DNA of 63,575 bases, counting the filler. It is 4 parts of 4 records of this genome, joined end to end, with 100 filler letters (N's around TTAATTAATTAA, not from the genome) between each part and the next. Parts side by side here need not be neighbours in the genome. Positions count along the whole stretch, not along the records: positions 49,755 to 63,575 come from DRR723986_589; 3 more parts are not named here. One strand, written 5' to 3'. The notes beneath the pieces were generated by a model. It did not search any database. It had not been told where the DNA came from and saw nothing but the letters and a program-made list of their open reading frames with translations. Positions 50,272-58,434 of the stretch are shown here, in pieces. Each line of letters begins with the position of its first letter. Within the stretch, counting starts at the first letter, position 1. The position numbers were made by a program, and so were the translations under genes.

Positions 50272-51386
50272 TTCTGTGCCCCAAAGACGAGATACTTACC
50301 GCTATGGAACGTCTCGTAATTGTGGAAAATTTTATCCCTCTCAAAGCCCGCTCTTTTTAGCAGCGGTTCAAGCCGGGTTTCAGCAAAGCCGGTCCAGAAG
50401 GGTTCGCCATTATTGATCACTTGCCAGTTATTGGTGATCTGCCGCGCAAGCGGTGTGACGTCTGGCTGATAAGGGACATCAAGATTGAGAAACACGCCGC
50501 CTGGCGAAAGCAGCCTGCAGGCTTCCTTCATGATCTTGGGCATGATCTGGCGAGACGTTTCGTGAAACAGGATGTGCGAGACAATAAGGTCAAACGTGCC
50601 GTCTTCAAAACCGGTCGCCTGAGCGTTGGCCTGCCGGTAGTGAATGGAAAGCCCCTCATTCTCGGCCCAGGCGTGAGCGTACTCCAATAGAGGTCCGGCT
50701 GTATCGAGACCAATCACCTCAGCATCCGGAAACGCCTTCTTGAATGCGACGGTCTGTTCGCCTGTGCCGCACCCGAGGTCCAGAATCCGGCGCGGGCTCA
50801 GCTCGGGGAAGTAGGCTTTGAATGTCGATGCTGTGAATTGACCAATCGAGTCACTACCCGCTGACGAGCCATCCCCCATGGCCTTGGCATTTCGGTAAAT
50901 CTCGATCGTTCCAGAATAGACGCGTGCCGCCGTCAGATCGCCCTCCCCTTCGGTCGACACATAGCCGCCCGGCTGCCTGTGGATCTCCACCTGTGAGATC
51001 GGAGGACTGACTTTAAGTCCAGGGTCAAGCGTCAGGCTTCCCTTCCGCTTGGCAGTCTCAGTGAGCTTTCGGGCGACGGCTTCCTGCTGATCCTTGGTTC
51101 TGTCGACTGTCTCTCGAACTGTTTCAAACAGCATATCCTGACTGTGAAAGGTCAGCGCACCCCAGAACGAATACAATTTGAGTTTTTGCGCTTCAGCTTC
51201 GATGTCTTCTCGGCGCAATTGGCGGTCCGGCGTTCTTGCCGCCGCAGGAGCGACAAGCTGAGCCTCGATAATTTGCTCGAGCTTCGGCTGAACCACCGCA
51301 TTGGTGTAGCCCTTCAGCGCTCCGACAAATTCCTGACGAGCATTCTCATCGTGGCTCGGCTGAAACGTTAGCTTAGATGCAGACAT
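50268..51386 (-). CDS. Class I SAM-dependent methyltransferase 1
   Basis: IHRQPGGY, ILDLGCGTG, FDLIVSHILFHE, GEPFW; start ATG 51386. Confidence 0.88.
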   Translation of the reverse strand: MSASKLTFQPSHDENARQEFVGALKGYTNAVVQPKLEQIIEAQLVAPAAARTPDRQLRREDIEAEAQKLKLYSFWGALTFHSQDMLFETVRETVDRTKDQQEAVARKLTETAKRKGSLTLDPGLKVSPPISQVEIHRQPGGYVSTEGEGDLTAARVYSGTIEIYRNAKAMGDGSSAGSDSIGQFTASTFKAYFPELSPRRILDLGCGTGEQTVAFKKAFPDAEVIGLDTAGPLLEYAHAWAENEGLSIHYRQANAQATGFEDGTFDLIVSHILFHETSRQIMPKIMKEACRLLSPGGVFLNLDVPYQPDVTPLARQITNNWQVINNGEPFWTGFAETRLEPLLKRAGFERDKIFHNYETFHSGKYLVFGAQK

Positions 51387-51628
51387 GTCTCTCGCCTCTT
51401 CCAACGAAACGGTCTCAAACCCGGCCTTGGGCCTCAATTTCGCTTCATCGTTCTTATAAAGAAACGCCGTGCAACTCGTGAGCTTGCTTTATCCAATGTA
51501 CGGTCAGAATTCAGAGGGCGCTTTGCCTTCAGAGCAACCTGTTCCAATTGTTACAGTCGTAGCCGTTGGCGGGACAATCATACGCAGACTCCCACCTGTC
51601 GGCGCAATCAAATTCCAGGAGGCCGAGA

Positions 51629-52297
51629 ATGGTTGATAATGCTTCTCTCAAGCAGGACTTGAGACACGCGATAGGCAATGCCAACGAGGATGGCACCTAT
51701 ACAGACGAAGCTTATCAGGCGATCCGCACAGCAATCGACGCCCTCCTGCCTCACTCCCCAATCCCGCGTCCCTATGAAGATCAGGACAAGATAACAGGCG
51801 CGTGGAAAACACTTTTCGCACAGTTCGGACCGCGCCACACAGCGGGGAAACCGGTCGTGCACGAGAACAAGTTCAACTTCGTCTCCTTCTCAAAGCTTCC
51901 CGCTCTTCCATTCAGAAACCTGGAACTCGAACAGGAGATTCATCACGAGACCGGCGACTACAACAATGTGCATATCATAGAGCCGATTGATGGCGGTGGC
52001 ACTTATCGCTTTGCCACATACGGGCGGTATTCGGTCGCAGAAGACGAGCCGCAGCGCTATCTCGTGGAATTCTACAAATCCCGACTTTGGAGCGAATCCG
52101 GAAAGTCAGATGCAGACATTCGCAACGCCTTCGGCATGCCAGCCGACACACCTCTTGAAGTCGAAGTCCCATCACCGAAACTGCATTCAGACATCGTCTA
52201 TTGCGACGATGAGATACGGATCAATTTTGGAAGTGTGGGTGGCATCTATGTCCTTGAGCGCGTGCACCATTCGGGCGTGACAGTAGACCTGACATGA
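51629..52297 (+). CDS. PAP/fibrillin-family (lipocalin-like) protein
   Basis: AGGAGG RBS. N-terminal helical hairpin then SPIPRP...ITGAWKTLF; C-terminal DIVYCDDEIRINFGSVGGIYVLER matches the fibrillin pattern. Confidence 0.7.
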   Translation: MVDNASLKQDLRHAIGNANEDGTYTDEAYQAIRTAIDALLPHSPIPRPYEDQDKITGAWKTLFAQFGPRHTAGKPVVHENKFNFVSFSKLPALPFRNLELEQEIHHETGDYNNVHIIEPIDGGGTYRFATYGRYSVAEDEPQRYLVEFYKSRLWSESGKSDADIRNAFGMPADTPLEVEVPSPKLHSDIVYCDDEIRINFGSVGGIYVLERVHHSGVTVDLT

Positions 52298-53700
52298 CAA
52301 GCACGCACACCGCCGCCCTGCCGGCGCGGACCACGCCACTTGCAACATCCATCAGCTGGGCGGCGGGCTCTGTCGCGACGGCGACGATCAGTAATGCCAT
52401 GTCGCTGTTCGGGCTGTTTTACCTGAGCTCGATTGCAGGTCTGGAGCCCGGTGTGGCCGGGGCGCTGATTTTTGTTTCAAAGCTCTATGACGGATTTACC
52501 GACCCCTTGATGGGCGGCCTCAGCGATAGGACCAGGCACTCTGCCGGCAGACGCCGGATATATTTGGCCATTGGCGCCCTGCTCACGGGCGGGGCGTTCG
52601 CTCTGTTCTTCGGAATCGGAGGACTTACCAATGGATTGACGGTCGTCTCCGCGCTTATCCTGCTCGTCATCCTGAGCTCGGCCTACACGGTCTATTCCGT
52701 TCCCTACCTTGCCATGCCGCCAGACCTCGCCCCTGACTATGACAGCCGCACCAGGCTAATGTCGATGCGCGTCTTCTTCCTCATGATGGGCGTGTTGCTC
52801 GGTGCGGTGGGAGGCCCGAAGATCGTCTCTGCTTTTGGAGAGGGCACCAGAGGTTTTGCCTTCCTCGGTCTTATACTTGGCGGCGCAGTGGCGGTGTTTG
52901 GCCTTATTGCTTTTTTTGGGACACGTGGTGCAGACCGCACAGCCCCGCCTGAAGGAAGCGTCGATGACCCGACCATCTCCAACCTGGTCTTCAAGCCATT
53001 CGTGAATCTGTTCCTTGTTTTGAAGAACCAGCCCTTCAGGACGCTCACCATCGTGAAGCTCCTTCAACTGGCCGTCCTTGCGACGGCACTCGCCTGCACC
53101 CCCTATTTCTTTTCCATGGTGCTTGAGAGAAATCAGGCAGACATAGGCAACTATCTCGCCACCTTCACAGTTGTCGGAATTTTGGTCCTTCCCGCCCTCC
53201 GCTTTGTCATCAAATGGCTCGGCAAGCGGAATGCGTTCATCATCCTGCTGCTCGGTTATGGCAGCGTGATGGCGAGCTGGTTTCTTTGGCAGCCCGGCGA
53301 AGCAGAACTTTTCTTCTACATGCGCGCCGTGCTACTCGGTATTTTCTCGACCGGCACACTACTCTGCGCACTCGCTCTGTTGCCCGATACGATGGAATAC
53401 GACCGCCTCGTCTCCGGGCAATCGCGAGAGGGCGTCATGAGCGGCGTCTTTACGCTTGTCGAAAAACTATCCGGCGCTGTTGGCCCGCTCATTGTGGGCG
53501 TGCTTCTTCAAAGCCAGGGTCTGATCGTGGCAGAGCGCGGCGCTGTGGTCGAGCAACCTGAATCCGTGCTCACGGCGATCAAGGTCGGCATGTCTCTCAT
53601 TCCTGCCGCCATTACCTTCGCCTGCATTCCCTTCCTCCTGACCTACCGGCTTGACGACGCAGAGCTTGAGCGAGCCAGAGCGAGCTCGGTCACATCCTGA
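52294..53700 (+). CDS. MFS transporter, GPH (MelB-like) family
   Basis: SKLYDGFTDPLMGGLSDRT...GRRR, VYSVPYLAM, LLPDTMEYD...SREG; about 12 TM segments. Confidence 0.9.
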   Translation: MTSTHTAALPARTTPLATSISWAAGSVATATISNAMSLFGLFYLSSIAGLEPGVAGALIFVSKLYDGFTDPLMGGLSDRTRHSAGRRRIYLAIGALLTGGAFALFFGIGGLTNGLTVVSALILLVILSSAYTVYSVPYLAMPPDLAPDYDSRTRLMSMRVFFLMMGVLLGAVGGPKIVSAFGEGTRGFAFLGLILGGAVAVFGLIAFFGTRGADRTAPPEGSVDDPTISNLVFKPFVNLFLVLKNQPFRTLTIVKLLQLAVLATALACTPYFFSMVLERNQADIGNYLATFTVVGILVLPALRFVIKWLGKRNAFIILLLGYGSVMASWFLWQPGEAELFFYMRAVLLGIFSTGTLLCALALLPDTMEYDRLVSGQSREGVMSGVFTLVEKLSGAVGPLIVGVLLQSQGLIVAERGAVVEQPESVLTAIKVGMSLIPAAITFACIPFLLTYRLDDAELERARASSVTS

Positions 53701-55100
53701 TGCCAACCGTTGAAACTGCTCCAGACTTTTCAGCTGACTTTGAAGCAGATGTTCTCGTCATCGGCGCGGGCGGATGCGGCCTTACTGCAGCGCTGTCCGC
53801 TGCAGACGCAGGCGCCGATGTCGTGGTTCTCGAGCAAACAAAAACACCTCTTGGCACAACCTCCATGTCGACCGGTCTCATCCCCGCCGCGGGAACGCCC
53901 GAACAGGCAAGCGCCGGAATAGAGGACAGCGCAGATCTCTTTTTTCATGACATCATGTCGAAGAACAAGAATGGCGCTGACCCGCAAATCGTTGAGGCCT
54001 TGTGCCAGCAGTCGGCCTCTACAGTGGACTGGCTGAAAAGCCGCCACAACATCCCGTTGACGCTGGTCGACGGCTTTACCTATCCCGGACATTCAGCGCG
54101 CAGAATGTATGGGACACAAAACCGGACGGGCGAGGAATTGATGGCGGCGCTCGAGGAAGCTGCAGCAGCGGCCGGCGTTGTTATTGTTACAGAAGCGACT
54201 GCTACTACGCTTTATCTCGGTGCAACCGGGCGCGCGGCTGGCGTCGGCTATATGCGTCCGGACGGAACCGAGGAGAAGATTGGCTGCAAGGCATTGATAA
54301 TCGCGACATGTGGCTTCGCCGCCAATGCCGAAATGCGCGCACGATATATCCCTGAAGTGACCGAAGCTGTGCCGCATACCCACCCAGCCAGTCAGGGGAT
54401 CGCAATTGCGTGGGGAGAGCAGATTGGCGCGAAACTTGAAGACCTCAGCGCTTATCAGGGCCATGCCGGGCTTGCGGCCGGTCATGGCATTCCAATTCTG
54501 TGGCCGACGATTATGGAAGGCGGCTTTCAGGTCAATTCAGCTGGTAGGCGGTTCTCGAACGAGGCCCGTGGCTATTCCGAACAGGCCGCAACGGTTCTCG
54601 CACAGCCCGGTCGAACCGTCTGGAGCATTTTCGATACGCGGATCGAAGCCGTCATGTCGCAATTCAACGATTATCGCGACGCACAGTCAGCCGGCGCAGT
54701 GATCAAGGCTGAAAGTGTTGCAGACCTGGCCTCGAAAATCGGGGTGGATCCGGACGCATTGCAACAAACATTCGATGATGTCGCAACGACCGCCCAGTCA
54801 GGCTCGAAAGACTATTATGGCCGGAGCTTTGTTTCGGGCAAACTGCTGAGCGCTCCCTATCGCGCGGTCAAGGTAACGGGCGCGATTTTCCACACCCAGG
54901 GCGGACTTGCTGTCGACCCGACCGGGCGCGTAGTCCTGCAGGATGGCACGCTGACGGCGAACATCTTTGCCGGTGGCGGGGCAGCCCGCGGAATATCGGG
55001 CTCCGGCGCTGACGGCTATCTGGCAGGCAATGGTCTCCTGACGGCAACGACGCTTGGAAAACTTGCGGGGGAGTCGGCCGCCCGCATTGCCTCGGCCTGA
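53700..55100 (+). CDS. FAD_binding_2 family oxidoreductase (flavocytochrome c / KstD / TcuA superfamily)
   Basis: VIGAGGCG, GRRFSNE, HTQGGLAVD, FAGG, GYLAGNGL; TGATG coupling. Confidence 0.85.
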   Translation: MPTVETAPDFSADFEADVLVIGAGGCGLTAALSAADAGADVVVLEQTKTPLGTTSMSTGLIPAAGTPEQASAGIEDSADLFFHDIMSKNKNGADPQIVEALCQQSASTVDWLKSRHNIPLTLVDGFTYPGHSARRMYGTQNRTGEELMAALEEAAAAAGVVIVTEATATTLYLGATGRAAGVGYMRPDGTEEKIGCKALIIATCGFAANAEMRARYIPEVTEAVPHTHPASQGIAIAWGEQIGAKLEDLSAYQGHAGLAAGHGIPILWPTIMEGGFQVNSAGRRFSNEARGYSEQAATVLAQPGRTVWSIFDTRIEAVMSQFNDYRDAQSAGAVIKAESVADLASKIGVDPDALQQTFDDVATTAQSGSKDYYGRSFVSGKLLSAPYRAVKVTGAIFHTQGGLAVDPTGRVVLQDGTLTANIFAGGGAARGISGSGADGYLAGNGLLTATTLGKLAGESAARIASA

Positions 55101-55295
55101 TACCAGCACTCAATATCCGGACAGCGAACAAGTGGCCAGATGGCGAATGCCCGGCCCTTGTGCATCATCAACGCAGAAGGCAGGACCATTAGCTACGCCA
55201 GCACGGAAGGGCCGTGCAGTCGTCATTACACCAAGCGGTGATCGGGACTGACAGCCCGTTCAACTATGCCGCCCGGACCAGATTTGAGGATGATC

Positions 55296-56219
55296 ATGCT
55301 CCACTATGACTATGTGCCGATCCACAAGCGCAACCCCATCCACTTTCCGGATGGCAAGAGGGTTGCGCTGATCATCACGTTCAATCTGGAAACCTGGGAC
55401 ATGGTGAAGGATACGAACGAACCTTACTATGCGGGCGGGCCGGCCGTCCTCCCCGATATCCTTCCCGGAAATGTCGCCGACTTTCCAAATTATACCTGGC
55501 GCGAATATGGCCAGCGTGTGGGTGTCTTCCGGAGCTTTGAAACGCTCGACAGGTATGGCGTAAAACCGAGCTGCACCACCAATGCGGTCACTTTCGAGCG
55601 CCGGTTCGAAATGATCGAGGCCGCCCTCGAACGCAATTGCGAGATCATCGCGCACAATTATGAGCAGGGCGAATTGCTTTGGAAGCACGCGTTCGATGTT
55701 GATGCCGAAACCGATGTGATCGAACGTACGCTTGGTGTTTTCGAGAAACATCTCGGCAGGAAGTCGAAAGGCTGGCTATCCTCAAGCCTTCGCGGAACCG
55801 TGAACACGGCAGGCATCCTCGCCAAGAATGGCGTCGAGTTCTATTGCGACATGATGAATGATGATCAGCCCTATTTGCTGCATACCGATCATGGTCCAAT
55901 CGTTTCCATGCCCTATTCCAACGAGATCAATGATTTCACCCTGATCACCCGCCGCGGACATTCAAACGATGAGGTAACCACAATCCTGAAAGAGGAATTG
56001 CGCACCTTGTATGAAGAAGGCGCAACCTCGGCCCGTCTGATGAATGTCGGCCTGCATCCGCATGTCACGGGCCGCGCCTATCGTCAGAAGGCCATCGCTG
56101 ACTTCCTCGACTATGCGACCAGCCTGGAAGACGTCTGGTTCCCGACGCGGGAGGAAGTCGCCGCCTGGTATCGCACGGTTGCAGACCAGCACTTCCCACA
56201 GCCGGCCCCTGAGCGCTGA
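55296..56219 (+). CDS. Polysaccharide-deacetylase-fold (PuuE-like) amidohydrolase
   Basis: NYTWREYGQRVG, IIAHNY, KGWLSS, NDDQPY, PYSNEIND, VGLHPHVTG; GAGGA RBS before ATG 55296. Confidence 0.85.
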   Translation: MLHYDYVPIHKRNPIHFPDGKRVALIITFNLETWDMVKDTNEPYYAGGPAVLPDILPGNVADFPNYTWREYGQRVGVFRSFETLDRYGVKPSCTTNAVTFERRFEMIEAALERNCEIIAHNYEQGELLWKHAFDVDAETDVIERTLGVFEKHLGRKSKGWLSSSLRGTVNTAGILAKNGVEFYCDMMNDDQPYLLHTDHGPIVSMPYSNEINDFTLITRRGHSNDEVTTILKEELRTLYEEGATSARLMNVGLHPHVTGRAYRQKAIADFLDYATSLEDVWFPTREEVAAWYRTVADQHFPQPAPER

Positions 56220-57094
56220 TGACAGCGGCCATCGGCCCGGGCAAACTGGACCAGCTCTGGGCTGGCTCAGATGCCCTGCTCGTTCCTGGCATCACCGACA
56301 TGGTTTCGGTCAGGCTGGCGCACCAGGCTGGTTTCGAAACCCTGTTCCTGTCTGGCTACTGGTACGCGGCGTCGCGGTTCGGACAACCGGATGCAGGCAT
56401 CGTCGGATACTCGCAGTTTCTCGACCAGATCCGCGTCGTGCTGGATACTGCCCCAGTGGACCTCATTGCGGACGCAGATACCGGTTTCGGGTCTTTCACA
56501 AATCTGAAGACTTGCATGACGGGATACGAGTCTGCCGGTGTGCGCGCCATCCAGATCGAGGACCAGAAATTCCCCAAACGCTGCGCGATATCAGGCGCCT
56601 CGGATGTGGTATCCTTGGGTGAGATGCTGAGCCGCATCGCTGTGGTCGTGGACCATCGCAAATCTGGCTCGTTCAAGCTGATCGCCCGTACCGATGCAAT
56701 GCCCGAACAGGGGCTGCAGGCGGCGATCGACCGCAGCTGCGCCTTTGTGGAAGCCGGTGCCGATCTGGTGTTTGTGGAAGGCGTCAGGACCGAGGAAGAC
56801 CTCGCCGAGCTGGCGAAGACTATTGGCGCGCCGCTCATCTACAATTACACGCCCGGCTCTGGCATCCCGGGCTGCGCGCCGGGCCGCCTTGCGGCGCTCG
56901 GCGTGAAACTGGTGCTCGCCCCTTCAGAGGCGGCGCTAGCCGCTGCATCGGCGATGAAGGACGCGTTCAGGCTGCTGGCCTGCGGTGACTTTGGGGCGAT
57001 GGACACGCTCCGGAGGATCGAGCTGAAAGATATCAGCAGGCTTGTCGGCCTTGATGAGGCGCGTTCCATAGAAGACGCCTATTCGAAAGACTGA
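56219..57094 (+). CDS. Isocitrate lyase / PEP mutase superfamily protein
   Basis: PDAG, IADADTGFG, QIEDQKFPKRC, IARTDA, AGADLVFVEG. Confidence 0.9.
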   Translation: MTAAIGPGKLDQLWAGSDALLVPGITDMVSVRLAHQAGFETLFLSGYWYAASRFGQPDAGIVGYSQFLDQIRVVLDTAPVDLIADADTGFGSFTNLKTCMTGYESAGVRAIQIEDQKFPKRCAISGASDVVSLGEMLSRIAVVVDHRKSGSFKLIARTDAMPEQGLQAAIDRSCAFVEAGADLVFVEGVRTEEDLAELAKTIGAPLIYNYTPGSGIPGCAPGRLAALGVKLVLAPSEAALAAASAMKDAFRLLACGDFGAMDTLRRIELKDISRLVGLDEARSIEDAYSKD

Positions 57095-57376
57095 TCAGTC
57101 ATCATTCAGTGCGCCAAGCACTCTGGCAATCAGGGCGCGCCCATCCGCATCAAGCCTGGCCTTCAACGCCTCATCGGGCTGAAAGGTCTCTATTTCTTCG
57201 GCCGCATCAATACCGTGCTTTTCAAGTACGGCCTCCAACACCGATAAACGGTCTTTCACAATCCAGAGTTCGTGACACAAGGTCAGCACAGCCTGCCCCA
57301 GTCCGTCGACATCTGTGTCAGAAAGGACTGGCTGCTTGGGCTTGTTGAATGCGGTGGGATCAGTCGGCGCAGACAT
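57095..57376 (-). CDS. Small helical hypothetical protein (methyltransferase partner 2)
   Basis: TGATG overlap with the methyltransferase; ELWIVKDRLSVLEAVLEKHGI...IETFQPD. Confidence 0.8.
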   Translation of the reverse strand: MSAPTDPTAFNKPKQPVLSDTDVDGLGQAVLTLCHELWIVKDRLSVLEAVLEKHGIDAAEEIETFQPDEALKARLDADGRALIARVLGALNDD

Positions 57377-58434
57377 CAGACCGGTTTTCTCCCCTGCACG
57401 ACGTGCGGATAGTTCAACGGCGCGTCGCTCTGGGCATTCACCTCGATAAAGCCGACTTCGCGTGCAATCTCGGCCAGGTCGAGTGAAGCCGACGCCCGCC
57501 AATGTGGTTCCCCGCCCGTTCGGGCGCTGTAGTCTGCTTTCCAGGTTTCGAACTTGTCGAGATCGGCATAGCGCGTAACGTCGCTCATGATCATGTCGCC
57601 ACCGGGTTTGAGAACCCTGAAGGCTTCCTTGAACACAGCCTTGACCGTCTTCTTCGGGATTTCATGCAGCAGGATATAGGACGCAACCAGGTCAAACGAA
57701 TTGTCTTCAAACCCCGTATCTTCTGCAGGCCGTTGGTAAAGTTTCCAGGCATAACCCTTCGCATTGGCAACGCGCTGCGCATGTTCCAGAACGCGCGGTG
57801 ACAGGTCCACACCGGTGATCTCGGCGTCGGGATAGGCTTCGGCGAGCGCCTGCGTGAAATGCCCGGTCGAACAGCCCATATCGAGGATCTTGTCATAATG
57901 ATCCTTCGGCGCACGTTTCGCGACGGCGCGGCGCTGTTTGAAGATGCCGCCCGGAAAAATCGCGTCGACCATGCGCCGGTGCACGATCTCGCCATGGATA
58001 TAGCCGGCAAAATCGTGCCCGTCCCATCCGCCTTCGGTCCGGTGAAAATGGACGTTCGCCCAGTAGGCTGGCGGATCGAATGACGGGTCGAGATGCAGTT
58101 CGGCCGGCCCGGTTTTGAGGTCTTCCAGCCCATCCTGCAGATCGTCCTGCAATTCCTCGAATGCCTCAGTCGCGATCCGCCCATGATTGCAGGCATGCCA
58201 CTCACCTGTCAGGCGTTTGACGCGGTTCGCCCGTGAGGTCTTCAATTTCTCGCCCATATAGGAAATCCGGGCATCGAGATCATCCGGAAGCGCATCAACA
58301 TCACCCGCGGCTGCACGCGCCTCTTCCTCTGCTTTCTGCCGAACGGCCGCGGCACCGTGAAACAGGTTTGTGAGGAAATCCACAGACGCGCGACCGCGCT
58401 GTTTGAGCTCCGGGTTCAATACGTCTTTAGCCAT
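57376..58434 (-). CDS. Class I SAM-dependent methyltransferase 2
   Basis: FHRTEGGW, ILDMGCSTG, FDLVASYILLHE, GEPHW. Confidence 0.88.
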   Translation of the reverse strand: MAKDVLNPELKQRGRASVDFLTNLFHGAAAVRQKAEEEARAAAGDVDALPDDLDARISYMGEKLKTSRANRVKRLTGEWHACNHGRIATEAFEELQDDLQDGLEDLKTGPAELHLDPSFDPPAYWANVHFHRTEGGWDGHDFAGYIHGEIVHRRMVDAIFPGGIFKQRRAVAKRAPKDHYDKILDMGCSTGHFTQALAEAYPDAEITGVDLSPRVLEHAQRVANAKGYAWKLYQRPAEDTGFEDNSFDLVASYILLHEIPKKTVKAVFKEAFRVLKPGGDMIMSDVTRYADLDKFETWKADYSARTGGEPHWRASASLDLAEIAREVGFIEVNAQSDAPLNYPHVVQGRKPV

